Below are positions 38,950 to 52,057 of a stretch of 64,000 nt of DNA, one piece after another (within the stretch, counting starts at the first letter, position 1; each line of letters begins with the position of its first letter). A program made the translations under genes and the position numbers. Source of the stretch: the human T2T-CHM13v2.0 reference genome, Homo sapiens; NCBI RefSeq assembly GCF_009914755.1, contig NC_060945.1; one strand, given 5' to 3'. The notes beneath the pieces are model-generated. The model saw only the letters and a program-made list of their open reading frames with translations, ran no database searches and had not been told where the DNA came from.

Positions 38950-39640
38950 TAAGATCATAGTAGTAGATGCCATTTTCTATTATCGTCTTGTGTTCTCTCT
39001 ACCCTCTGTCAGCACATCAGCAGGATGAACTTCTTTACCTGAATAGGTGACTCCAACTTTCATTGGTTAGAACGAGGGACCCTGGTGGTATGATTATTAC
39101 GTTGCCAGTTTTCCAGGATTATTGAACAACTAATAAGAAATGCTTTAGAGAATTTCCTGGATTCAAAAATATGTCTTCTTGCTCATGCTAAAGAGCACCA
39201 CCTCAATTTCTCTCTGGTAATCATCACAACAGTTAGGGACTCCTTTTCTGCCTATTGGTTTTGTAGCATAAGGAGTCCCAAAAGGGTAGGGTGCAATCTC
39301 AGCTTCCAATGCATCAGGACTACTGTATGTTCCTTGGTAGACGCTTTCCTCCCTGAAACACTAGGACCTCTAAACCCATCAGGCCAAGGTAGTAGGAAGG
39401 AGAAGCAAACATTATTTGGTAAAATAGTGATGGGGCCAAACCCCCTTTGCCCTATTGGTTATTGGCTATACATTATATGCATTCTGGATAAGTGACATCA
39501 CATGCATTGGTTGCCAGTTTATGGCATTTACCACACCTTGTAAGGCAGGATCCAAACCTCACAGGGTGCTGTCTCCCAGCTGGTGTCATAAAAGAGTTTT
39601 CAGAAGACCATTCCACCATTCCACCAAGCAGCTGTTGCTC
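38950..39640 (-). mobile_element. ERVL internal fragment: degenerate integrase C-terminus and dUTPase
   Basis: Minus-strand translation gives LVEWWNGLLKTLL*HQLGDSTL and HWKLRLHPTLLGLLMLQNQ, resembling ERV-L pol IN (IERWNGLLK) and dUTPase (NWKLRLPPGHFGLL); contains stops and frameshifts. Confidence 0.8.
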
Positions 39641-39687
39641 AACAGGAGAAACTTCCAGCCAATCAACACAATCATAAGAAATAGTAA

Positions 39688-39691
<4 letters not shown>

Positions 39692-39729
<38 letters not shown>
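39692..39729. repeat. Uninterrupted T38 tract
   Basis: Directly counted. Confidence 0.95.
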
Positions 39730-39732
<3 letters not shown>

Positions 39733-40924
39733 TTTCTTATAAGTCTCTATGTTCTGGGGTGGTTTGTTATTCAGAAATAGGTAATCAAAACAAAAATCAG
39801 TATCTAGAAGTGAGGTGCTGCTGTAATAAAAGTAAAACACGAGGCCTTGACTTTGGGACCAGGTAGTGAGCAGGTGCTGGAAGAGAAGCAAGGAAACTGC
39901 TATTGGAAGCTGGAAAGATGGCACTTTGAGTTTTGTAGCAGCTAATCAATTTGCAGAATTGTCACCTGCAGTAACTTGGAAGTTAGAAAATGTACCCGAA
40001 CGTATGGATCTGGCTAAGGGGATTTCCAGGTAGAATGTTGAAAGTGCCAAATGGCTTTCTTAGCTGCGTATAATAACCATTGGAAAAGAGAGAACTGTTC
40101 TGTTTGTAAGCAGAATTTAGGGGAAATATAACAGAGATACAACTTGCTGTTTGGAAAATAATACAGTTTATTATCCCTAGTCTTTCCTAGAGTGAGAAAG
40201 TCTCAAACTAAAAAATAGTCACAGGATAAGGATCAGATGAAGGATATGGCTTCATCTATATGGCTTCAGAGATATGCAAGATCTCTGAAGATTTAAGATG
40301 GTGCCTGGTTACTTCCTCAGCTAGAAAAAAAAGCACTTTAAAGAATCTTCAGGGAATTGTCCTCTAGAAGTTCTAGGTGAGGCCCAAAGTACAGTGATCT
40401 GTCTTGAAAGAAATGATGGTTTTAGATTGGGACACAGGGTAAACTGCAAACATTCTATAAAGAGCTCACAATGTCTTTAAAGGGATTTACCAACTTGAAC
40501 TGAAAGAGACAGGATCAAATCAAAAGGCAACGAGGGTTTGGTTCCCTGACTTTCTATGCGCAGGAAACAGGAAGAGAAAACTGCTCGCATGCAAGTGCAA
40601 GACACTGCTTATGGGAAGGAAAAAGCTCTCACAGAGCAAAGCTGAGAACTTCTAGAGGAAGGAACCAAGAACTGCAAACAATTATTAGAAAGCAGAATTA
40701 AGCCTTAATCGTGGAACACTTCAGGATCCTTGGAGGTGCATGACTGGGTGTATTTCAGAATTGCTATGGGCCAATGACTACTGTATGCCTCTCATTGCTT
40801 TCTATTTTAAGTGGGAACATTGACTGCAATTACCCTGTTCTTGTCTCAACATGGTGTGTTGGATATGTGGGAACAGATAATTTGACTTTTTGTTCACATA
40901 TCTCTAGATTAAGAGTTACTGATA

Positions 40925-41285
40925 CACACCAACAATCCCAGCAATTTAGGAGGCTGAGGCAGGAGGATTACTTGAAGCTAGGAGTTTGAGACCAGACTGG
41001 ACAACATAGCAAAACCTTGCCTCTACAAAAAAATTTTAAAAAAATTAGCCAGGCGTGGTGGTGCATGCCTGTGGTCCCAGCTACTCAGGAGGATGAAGCA
41101 GGAGTATTGCCTGAGCCCAGAAGTTTGAGGTTGAGGTTGCAGTGAGCCATTATGGCATCACTGCACTCCAGCCTGGGTGACAGCGAGACCCTGTCTCAAG
41201 AAAAAAAAAAAGAAAAAGGAAGGAAGGAAGGAAGGACAGACGGATGGAGGGAGGGAGGGAAGGAAGGAAGAGAAAGAAAGAAAGA
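40925..41285 (+). mobile_element. AluJ (Jo-like), 5'-truncated, with (GGAA)/(GAAA) tail
   Basis: Perfect 14-bp TSD AAGAGTTACTGATA at 40911-40924 and 41286-41299. Confidence 0.92.
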
Positions 41286-41689
41286 AAGAGTTACTGATAT
41301 CAAAAAGTCTTGTCTAAACCTGAATAAAGATAAAGAGATTATAAGTCTGTAGCCTGGTGACATGATTGGGTGAAACTCTGGAGGCCTTTGGAGGGGGTGA
41401 GTGTATTTTGTATGTGGGAAGCGTATGAATCATTGGATTAGGGGAGGACTGAAAGATTGGTGAGGTCATAGATGTGGTTGATGGAAAAGAGATGAAGAGA
41501 AGTATCAACTATTGTAGTAGTTTTGGCCACTTGCTTAAGCAGATTTCTCATACTTTCCAGGCCTGATCGGACCCATCTTATATGGACACATGGTACATTG
41601 TTACACCAGTGGCTCCCAGTGAATCCCACTGTACCCTTGTGAGCCCAGGCAAAATCAGCAGAAGAGTGTAGCAATGGACAGTTGATAGA

Positions 41690-41995
41690 GTGTAGAATGC
41701 CATTTCCATTTTATAATGGAACGCTGCTATGAACATCCCATTTTTAATGGTTTTGTGGGTCAGATAACATCCAATTAATGAAGAACAGTTTAGTTACATG
41801 GTCACTCAGGGATCCACGGTGAACATTCTATCTTGACCAGATCCTGAAATCAAGCAAGAAGTTGCTTTTCAAATGGAAAATTACTGTTAGCGTGAGAGAA
41901 CATGGCTTTACTCCCAAAGCCTAAGAGTCTGTTCTGTGATTCTCCTATGGGGACTTGCCAGAGTCTCCATACACTTACTTCCCTGCTTGGCATAA
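41690..41995 (-). mobile_element. ERVL internal fragment: degenerate RT-connection/RNase H region
   Basis: Minus-strand translation VWRLWQVPIGESQNRLLGFGSKAMFSHANSNFPFEKQLLA resembles ERV-L pol (WSLWQAPIGESQ..PLGFWSKA...FE.QLLA). Confidence 0.82.
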
Positions 41996-44470
41996 ACAGC
42001 CACATTACAGGGCTCTTCCTCAAGGAAACTGACCTCCTCCTCCATAAAGACTCCGTGTCTACAACGGACTTAGGTCCGGGAACTGGACCGAGACTGTGAA
42101 TCCCAGGAAGGCAACTTGAGTTAGGACTAGACCCACTTGCCAGATTCGTTTTTCTGATTTTGCAGGCAGAGCAATAACCTCAGGAGGAAGCATTTATTTC
42201 ATTTTTGGAGGTCCCATAACCAGTCAGATCCCTGCAGATCAAAACATTGATCACGACTCCATTCTTGAGGCATACTATGGAATGGAAGTTCAGCTATGGC
42301 TTCCAAAGCATTTGCCATTTCAATGTAGATTTTTAATTCATTTGTTTTATTTTGGATGTTTATTATTGGTGGATTCTGGGAACCCTAGGTAGCCTGATTA
42401 TCGCAGTAGAAGCAGGAGGAATCCTGGAAGAATTGATGCTTAATTATAAGATGACAAACTCAGTAGACAGGGAGTTACCAATACCAAGAGACACTAGGTA
42501 AGGAATTTTATTATAGTAATGTTGAAAATGCTGAAGGGTTTGGGGGATGCCAGATTCATGCAGCTACAAAAGCAGCTAGATCTTTGCTCTAATAGGACAG
42601 TCTTCAAAAGTGTGCATTATAATTTATTTATTTATGTTGGCTTTGTTAGCCTTTATACCTGAGAATGGAGAGAAATAGGATGCACCCCCTGCTTCTTTAT
42701 TTGACTACAGCTTTTAACTCAGAGTGAGACGTCAAAAGACATTTAAACTGTAATCATTAACTAATAAATTCAGATAAATAAATTTAATATAATTATAGAA
42801 GTAATTTTGAAGCACCCATATTTGAAGAAAAATGAGAAAGATAAGCAGTCCCACTGTTTTAGGTAACTATTTCTAAGCCAAATAAAATGTGATATAAATT
42901 GCTAGGGGGTGAAGTGCAAGCAGACTCAGGTTCACATCATTAAAGGACTTTTGCTCATCACTCGCTTGCAAAGCGACCCTTACCTTCTCCCATATACAGA
43001 AATTAACTCAAAATAGATTACAGACTTAAATGTAAAATCTAAAACTATAAAACTTGTAGAAGAATACATAAAAGACAATCATGACTTTGGCATAGGTCAA
43101 AAATTTTTAAGTATGATTCTAAAAGGCATGTTTCATAAAAGAAAATACAGATAAATTTGAATTAATTGAAAATTTTTGTTCTTTGAAAGACTGTTAAGAT
43201 GAAAAGACAAGCCATAGAAAGGGAAAAGTTCTTGCAAAAAATATGTATGATAAAAACCTGCATTCAGAATATATAAGATTGTTTTCTTATTATTACATTT
43301 TGAGAGTTTCTTACATATTGGATATGTTAACTAGTTTGATGTTAACCTTGTGTTAATGATATGATATAATCATTCCACAATGTATATATATTTCAAAACA
43401 TTACATTGTACAACATAAATATATATAATTATTATTTCTCAATTAAAAATGAACATTTTAAATGTGCAAAAGTTCAAGTAGACACTACATAGAAGAAGAT
43501 ACATGGATGATAAACTCACACGAAAATGTGCTCACATCACTAGAAATTAGATAAAATCCAATTTGAAGTACAATGAGGTAGACCTACATACCTATGCAAA
43601 TGGAAACAAAAACAAAAACAAAAAAACACCTGACAAAACCAAGTGCTGGTAAGGAAACAGGGAAATTGGAATGATCACATATTTCTGTAGGAATGCAAAA
43701 GATGCAGCCATTTTGGAAACCAGGTTGGCCATTTTTTAGTTAAACACATGCTTGCAACAAGATCCAGTAATCCAACTACTATTGTTTACTCAAAGGAAAT
43801 GAAAACTTATGTTCACACAAGAATTTGTATGTGGATTTTTAGAACAATTCTATTCATAAGAGCCGAAAATGGAAACCAATCCAAATGTCTATCAATAGGG
43901 GGAATGGGCAAACTGTTTTCATCTATACTATGTATCATAGTAATAAAATGAAACAACCTGTGATAATCCAACAACATGGAAGATTTTCAACTCCATTTTG
44001 CCAAGTGAAATAAGCAATACTCAAATGGCTACATAGTGGACAACTCCATTTATATGACATTCTAAAAAAGGTGAAACCATGGAAACAGGAAATAGATCAA
44101 TGATTGCCAGGGCCTGGGAATGGGAAGAGAGATTTATTGCAAAGAGGTATTAAAGAATTTGAGAATTCTTTAATTTTATATATTGATTTTGGAAATGGTT
44201 ACAGGACTATTTCTGTCAATCAAAACTCAGAACTGCGCAGCTAAAAAGGATAATATTGAATGTATATAAATTATATCTCAGAACATTTGACTTAAAATAC
44301 ATGAGAACAAAATGAAGACATCTACAGATAAAGAAAAAGCATTGAAATAAATTATTGGTAATACGCTTGTGCCACATTGCTACAAGAAGTCCTTTAGGCA
44401 GAAGGTAAATGACATCAGACAGTAAATCAGATCTATGAGAAGGAATCGATAGAACTGGAAATGGTAATAG

Positions 44471-44525
44471 AGTGTGTGTGTGTGTGCGTGTGTGTGTGTG
44501 TGTGTGTGTCTATGCATGTGTGTAT
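44471..44525. repeat. (TG)n microsatellite
   Basis: Directly visible. Confidence 0.9.
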
Positions 44526-45642
44526 TTCGCTCTCTTAATTTATTTGTAAGACATATGACTGTATTTTGGGGTTCATATTGTATATGTGTGCAATGCATGT
44601 GACCATATAATGTGGGGAGAATGACTGAACTTGTCGCAAAATTTCTATATTTTACTTGGAGTAAGTAAATATTAACTTGAATAATATTGTAATATGTTAA
44701 ATATATATATTTTCATCAGGAATCAACAACCGAAAAGATAAAGAAGGCAAATAAATATAACTAATAGTTGGAAAAGTTAAAATTGTATAGTAAGAAATAT
44801 TTAACACAATTAAAGTAGGAAAAGAAGAATAGGACAAAAAAAGGAAGAGAAAAAACAAATGGCAAGTTGGCAGGCCTAAGTTAAATCATGTCAATAATCA
44901 TATTAAATATGAATGTGCCAAACATTCTAATCAAAAGGCAGACATTGTCAGACTGAATGAAAAATCAAGGTCTAATTATGTGCTGCTTATAAAAGATGGA
45001 CTTTAATTTCAAAGGCACAAATTGGTTGAAAGTAAAAGGATAGAAAAATGTATCCTGTACAAATATAAACATACAAGGGTTGAGTGGTTGTATTAAAATC
45101 AGATGAAGTAGACTTTAATATAAAGAACATTACTAAAGACAAAGAAAGGTATTTTATTATGATGAAAGGCTGAATACAGTAGGGAAAGAAAACAAGCATA
45201 AATGCATCTGACAATGAGCTACAAGATATATGAAGCAAATATTGAAACATAATTGAAAAGAGAAATAGAGAAGTCAACAATTACAGTTGGAGATTTCAAC
45301 ATTCTTCTCTCAGTAATTGATAGAACATGTAAATAAACAACCAGTAGGATACTGGCCTCTTGAGCAACATTATCAACCAACTGGATCAAATATAGTGATA
45401 ACTGTGGAACACTTCACCAAACAACAGCAGAACACATTCTTTTCATGCACTTGGAACATTCTTTAAGGTATACCATGTACTAAACCATAATATATGTCTT
45501 AAAAACTTAAAGATACTGAAATAACACAGCATGTATTCTCTGATTTCAATGTCAGTTAGGAATCAAGAAGAGAAAGAGAGAGACGTGGGAAACCCCAAGT
45601 ATGTGGAAATGATAAAATGAATGAACATGTAAGTATAACAAA

Positions 45643-45822
45643 ATTTCTTTTCTTTTCCTTTTTGTTTTAGAGACTAGGTCTCACTCTGTTCCCCAGACTG
45701 AAGTGCAGTGGTGCAATCATAGCTCACTGCAGCCTTGAACTCCTGGCCTTGAGTGATCCCCCACCTCAGCTTTCCCTCCCAAGTAACTGAGACTACATCT
45801 GTGCACCACTGTACCTGGCTAA
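45643..45822 (-). mobile_element. FRAM / AluJ right-arm monomer
   Basis: agagactaggtctcactctgtt...gcaatcatagctcactgcagccttgaactcctgg... Confidence 0.8.
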
Positions 45823-46681
45823 AAAATGCAATTAAGTAAACTTGAAATGCAGTTAAGTAAACCTTTGAGAAAGAAATTTAGCTTTAGAGAAGAAGAAAGA
45901 TCCAAAACAAGTGATCTAAGCTTCTAAGAAGCTAGAAAGAAACAGAAATTAAATTCAAGTAGAAAAAAGGAAAAAGTAAAATCAGAATGGAAATCAGTGG
46001 AATGTGAAATGGATAAACAATAGAGGAAACCAAGATTGCCAAGGTTAGCTTTTAAAAAAGACTAATAAGGTAGAATAACCTTTAGCTCATTGATCAAGAA
46101 AAAAGAGAAATCATGATCAATATCTGGATGATTGAGATCACTATAGACCCTACAAACATTAAAAGAATGATAACAGAATGTTACAAACAACTTTATACCA
46201 AAAATTTATGCATTTATGTGAAATAGATAAATTCCTTAGAAAGTAGAAACTATTGAAATTGACTCAAGGAAAAAAAAAACTGCAAAAAATCTGAATATCT
46301 CTTTACAAAGCAAGCTGATTTAAATAGTAATTTAAAATATCTTTGCAAAATATATTAAGGCGGATTTGGTGGTGAGGTTTTACCAAGCATTAGGGAAAAA
46401 ATAATACAAATTATCCTTTCAGAAAAGAGAGGGGGAAGGTATAATTTTCAATTCATTTTATGAGGACAGTATTACTTTGCTACAAAAGCCAGCCAAATAC
46501 TTCGTAAGAAAACTAGAGATTAATATCCTTTATGAACACAGATGCAAAAGTTTTAAACAAAATTTTAGCCAATTGAATCCAGCAATATGTAAAAATGATA
46601 ATACACCATGATCAACTGGGTTTTATCTCAGGAATGCAAGGTTGGTTTAACATCCAAATGTCATTAGTATAGTACACCATA

Positions 46682-46940
46682 TGTGAAAGGCAGAATAATG
46701 GCCCTTCAGAGATGTCCATGTCCTAAATCCCCAGAACCTACAAACATATTACCATAAGTGGCAAAAGGAACTTTGCAAATGTGATTAGCGTCAATCACCT
46801 TGACATGAGGAGATTATCCTGGATTATCTGGATGGGCCCAATGGAATCATAACGGTCTCCATAAGGGACACATGAAGGCAGAGGGAGATATAACTACAGA
46901 AGAGAAAGGAAGAGTGATTCAATGTGAGAAGGACTTGGCA
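46682..46940 (+). mobile_element. MLT1D/E-like LTR 5' part
   Basis: tgtgaaaggcagaataatggccc...ggcaaaaggaactttgcaaatgtgatta...gagattatcctggattatc. Confidence 0.75.
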
Positions 46941-46942
46941 CA

Positions 46943-47920
46943 TAATATGGTTTGGCTCTGTGTTCCCACCCAAATCTCTTCATGAACTATAATCCCCACA
47001 AGTTGATGGAGGGACTTGGTGGGAGGTGATTGGATCATGGGGGCAGTTTCCCCCATGCTGTTCTCATGATAGTGAGGGAGTTCTCACAGGATCTGATAGC
47101 TTAAAAGTGGCAGTTTCCCTTACTCTCTCTCTTTCTCCTGCCACCATGTAAGATGTGCCTTGCTTCCCCTTTGCCTTTTGCCATGATTGTAAGTTTCCTG
47201 AGGGCTCCCAGCCATGTGGAACTGTGAGTCAATTAAACCTCCTTTCTTTATAAATTACCCAGTATCAGCTATTTCTTTACAGCATTGTACAAACTAGCTA
47301 GTACAGAAAATTGGTACTGAGAGTGGGGTACTATTACAAAGATAATTGAGAATGTGGAATCAACTTTGGAACTGGGTAACAGGCAGAAGTTGGAACAGTT
47401 TGGAAGGCTCAGAAGAAGACAGGAAGATGTGGGAAAATTTGGAACTTCCTAGAGACTTGTCTAACGGGTTTTTTTTTCAACTTTTATTTTCAGGATGTGC
47501 AGGTTTGTCACATAGGTAACTGTGTGCCATGATGGTTTACAGCACAGATCATCCCATCACCCAGGTTATTGAGCTTAGCATCCATTAGCTATTTTTCCTG
47601 ATGCTCTCCCTCCTCCCAGCCTCCCTCATAGGTGCCCAAATGCTGATAATGATATGGACAGTGAAGTCTAGGCTGAGGTGGTCTCAGATGGAGATGAAGA
47701 ACTTATTAAGACTGGAGCAAAGGTCACTCTTGCTATGCTTTAGCAAAGAGACTGGTGGAATTTTTCCCTACCCTAGAGGTATGTGGAACTTTGAACTTCA
47801 GAGAGATGATTTAGGGTATCTGGCAGAAGAAATTTTTAAGCAGCAAAGCGTTCAAGAAATGACCTGGCCTTTTCTGAAAGCATACATTCATAAGCATTCA
47901 CAAAGAGATGATCTGAAATT
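46943..47920 (+). mobile_element. THE1D-like LTR (to 47305) plus internal region, interrupted by an L1P 3' fragment (about 47468-47635, minus strand)
   Basis: LTR end tagtaca followed by gaaaattggtactgagagtggggt...actttggaactgggtaacaggcaga (THE1/MST internal). Confidence 0.85.
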
Positions 47921-48515
47921 TTACTCCTAGCTACTTTCCTAAAAGAAGTTAAAACATATGTCTACACAAAGACTTGTACATGAATGTTAATTGCATCATT
48001 ATTCATAATACTCCCCAAATGGAACCAACCAACCTCAGTGTCCATCAACTGGTAAATAAATAAGTGGTATATCCACACAATGGGATGCTACATAGCACTA
48101 AGAAGGAATGACCAATGATACATACCACAACATGGAAGAATCTCAAGAACAGCATGCTAAATAAAAGAGCCAGATATAGAAGACTTGATACTGTATGATT
48201 CCACTCATGTGAAATTCCAGAAAAGCCAGGCTAAAATGTTAGAAGGCAGATCAATGTTTACCAGGGGCTGGAGATAAGAACAAAAATTGACTGTAAAAGG
48301 ACACAGGGAACATTCTAGGGCAATGAAAATGCTTTAAACCTTAACTGTGATGCTATTTGCACACCTGTGTACATTTACCAAATCTCATCCATCTGTACGT
48401 TTAAAATGGGTGAATTTTATTGTGTGTAAATTATAACTCGAGTTGTTAAAAATATAAACATCTCTAATAAAGTAAAATAAAATAAAGTAAATGAAAATAA
48501 AACAAAACAAAAAAT
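47920..48515 (+). mobile_element. Old L1M 3' end
   Basis: acacaaagacttgtacatgaatgtt...tactgtatgattcca...; (TAAAA/CAAAA) tail. Confidence 0.7.
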
Positions 48516-48527
48516 AGTCCAGCACCA

Positions 48528-48900
48528 TGATGATCTTTTCATGTGTCAATCTGGCTATGTTATAGTTTCTAGTTATTCAAACACCAATCCAGGAGTTACT
48601 GCGAAGGCATTTTATAGATGTGATTAAAACTCATAATCAGTTGACTTTAAGTAGGGAAGGATATCCTAGGTAACCTGGACTGACTCAAACAAAGGGTCTC
48701 AAAAGCCCAGCTGAGTCTCCCTTAAAGAAGGGAGGCTGATGGCAGCTTCAGCCGTGCAGAGTGTTCCAGCCTGCCCTCCCCAATGGTCTGTCTTATGAAT
48801 TTCAGACTTGCCTTGTCAGCCCCACAATTAGATAAGCCAATTTCTTGCAAAATTTTCACATGTACTATTATTTTGTCCCATGAAACTGATCAGAGTTGTA
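48528..48900 (+). mobile_element. MLT2D-like ERVL LTR
   Basis: ttcatgtgtcaatctggcta...ataatcagttgactttaagta...cagccccacaattagataagccaatttcttg. Confidence 0.75.
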
Positions 48901-49159
48901 ATTTTGCTTTGATTTTTGATTATGTGTTTATCTTAATTGGCAAGGATATTGTCTTCATTCATCACGTGCATTCATTCTTCATTCATTCATCAAGGATATT
49001 GTCTTTTTTATTCATAGCTACGTATATGCTGCCTGACCTATAGTGTACACTCTGTAAATATTTGTTGAATGAATGAAGTATTATTTTATGAGTATGTTTA
49101 TATTTGTCAGACCATCTCCAAAATGTTGGTTTGTGAAATGTCAACATTTATATCATAAA

Positions 49160-49715
49160 GCAGGAGCAGGGAAACTTTTTCTTAAAGGACCATATAGTAA
49201 ATATATTCAGCTTTATTAGCCAACAGTTTACGTTATTGGCCCACAACAGTTGACTCAACTCTGTTGATGTAGGGCAAAAATAAAGATAGTTAATATGTAA
49301 ATCAATGAGTGTGTCTGTATTCTAACAAAACTTTATGAAAACAGGTGGGGCCAGCGCAATGGTTCACACCTATAATTCCAGCACTTTGGGAGGCCGAGGT
49401 GGGTAGATCGCTTGAGTCCAAAGTGTGAGACCAATCTGAGTTGAGTAACATGGAGAAACCCCATCTCTACAAAAATTACAAAAAAATAGTCCAGTGTGGT
49501 GGTTCATGCCTGTAGTCCCAGGTACTTGGGAGGCTGAGGTGGGAGGATGCTTGCTTCCAGGAGGTGGAGGCTACAGTGAGCTGAGATCGTGCCTCTGCAC
49601 TCCAGCCTGGGTGACAGAGCAAGACCCTGACCCTGTCTTAAAAAAAAAAAAGAGGAAAAAAGAAAAGAAAAGAAAACAGGTGACTAGTCTATGAGTCATA
49701 CTTTGCCCACCCTTG
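49160..49715. mobile_element. MER58A-like DNA transposon split by an AluJ
   Basis: aaactttttcttaaaggaccatatagtaaatat...ctaacaaaactttat | ...tttgcccaccct. Confidence 0.7.
49349..49671 (+). mobile_element. AluJb-like
   Basis: Full dimer; TSD GAAAACAGGTG at 49337-49347 and 49672-49682. Confidence 0.92.
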
Positions 49716-51666
49716 CATAAAGTCCTGCTCATCTACAGTAGTCATGGACTATTGTGTTTAAGAAGTATCTGGTTACTATGTAATTTATTAGGGCCAAGGT
49801 GTTAGAGTACAATAAGAGACCTTGTCATCATAGTTGTAATGAATGTGATGAATATAATTTATCTGATGGTTCATAAGGTGCTCTAGCTTCACCTCGTCCC
49901 CATGTAAAAAAATCTCATTGCAAAATACAGCGAAGATGTATGGAGGCATTGACCTAAATCAGCACCAAATGCACGGAAGTCTCTGAAAACTTATTATATT
50001 TAATAAGTATCTAAAATGTTATTATTTGCAAGGTTTTGGGTTTCATCTCCTACATATGTAGGCTTTGAGCCAGTGTTCTATCACTCAGCTGTGAGAGTAT
50101 GACTTATTGGCCTCAGGACTCAGCTGTGAGGATTTAAGAGATGACTGAGTGAGCAGCACTTTTATTACAGAATTCCAGGAGATGACTGTTGTTATATTCC
50201 CTATATTCCCATTTATCTGGAGGTAATATTCTTTACCTGCATACCAACTTTCTAGAACCTACCACTAAATGCAAAAATAAAAGGTCTTTAAATATGAGGA
50301 ATAATTTTCCCAAGGTCTTTGGGGTTAAAGCCGTGTACTTTATTGCTTATTTCTTACTGATTTTTTCTTTACATGCAACCCTAACAAACTTGATTATTTA
50401 CACTTCCAGCCATGGCAAGTGAGAATAAGCAAGGTCTTGGTGAAAATACCCACTAAGAGCAGAAATACTGCTGACTAAAAAAAACAAAAAACACCAAAAA
50501 AAAGCCCACTGTGTTTATTTCATGCACTGTATTAAATAACTATGATTCATCAAGAACATTTTAAATTATGTTCATTGTTCTCTTTTTAGAAAGACAGAAA
50601 CTATGCTGTGCATTTTAGGATAATTTCCATTAAAATAGTTTATTTAAATTAATTTTCATGCTAGATAAGAAAGTTTGATTAGCTGGAGATAACTCATATG
50701 TAACAGCAGCTGATAATGCCTAATGGCCAAGGTATTAATCTGGGACATGTACCTCTTTCCTCTTCTTCTTTGTAAACATTTATTCATGCTGCTCAATTTC
50801 TTTGCATAATAGATATCTGCCTTTAGAGCCAAGTTTCTGGGAAGTATTTTTTACAGTAGCAGGTGTTTTTTAGGTCTTCTGCAGAAAACTCCCTCAGACA
50901 GTATGCGGATTTTGAAAAGAAAGGGTGATGGAAAATGCTAGTCATTGTTCCTGCTTATAAAATTCCAACCAGAGTAGGGCTTTTGTTCAGGAAAACAGAA
51001 GGGGAATAATAAATGCCAAGTGGAATGATCAGATGCAATTAGAAACTTATCTGCCAAGGTAATGTGTGAGGGACGATTTGTCACTAGTCCCAAGTACTCT
51101 GTGTTATAAGCTGCAGGCTGAGTTGTCAGTTTGTTGAGAAAGGCAGCAAACCACTCCTGTCCTGCTGCAGAATCACAACTTCCAAGGGCGCCCCTGGGAG
51201 ACTGAGAGCCTTGACCTTGGGCTGGATTCCCCTGTAGTTTATTGGGAGTGGACACTGAGCAGTGAAGGCAGGAAAGACGAATATGCTTTTGGATTAGGCT
51301 GGCTGCGTTTCCGCTGAGAACAAGAGCACACAAATGTCTAGGAGGGCAGCAGGATAAGTAAACATGCAGGCCATGAAACCAGCCTGGTGGATTTTAGATT
51401 GAATTCCGCAACTAGGCTATGCGTGGGCGAAGTGGGAAGTGAGTGTTCACCTGGCAGATCCCTCTCCAGTCTTGTACAAAATTCCCACGTCATGTTAGGA
51501 GTCGATGCCTGTTCTTCCCACTTTACTATCACTGCTGGGCACAGCAGCTAGTTCCAAGCATATCTTTACTTTTCCTAAAAATATATATATATATTTTTGA
51601 AAATAGGTAACACCTACCTGCACTTGTATAAATGATTACAATATCACAAAACTAAAGAGTAAGGCA

Positions 51667-52001
<335 letters not shown>

Positions 52002-52057
52002 TCAGATATATGATATGCTATGGTTATTTAGCTGGTCATCCAATGTTGACCACTTCC

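Larger units (their letters stand above)
39670..41450 (+). mobile_element. MLT1 (F/G/H-like) LTR end plus MLT1 internal region, interrupted by AluJ
   Basis: LTR 3' end ggggtggtttgttattcagaaataggtaatcaaaaca, then internal start agaagtgaggtgctgctgtaataaa; internal 3' end gggggtgagtgtattttgtatgtggga. Confidence 0.7.
42975..46680 (+). mobile_element. Old L1M fragments (ORF2 3' part/3' UTR, then endonuclease-RT portion)
   Basis: A-rich degenerate L1 (gacttaaatgtaaaatctaaaactataaaact; attaaatatgaatg...aaaaggcagacattgtcagactg; caggaatgcaaggttggtttaacat); no intact ORF. Confidence 0.8.
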
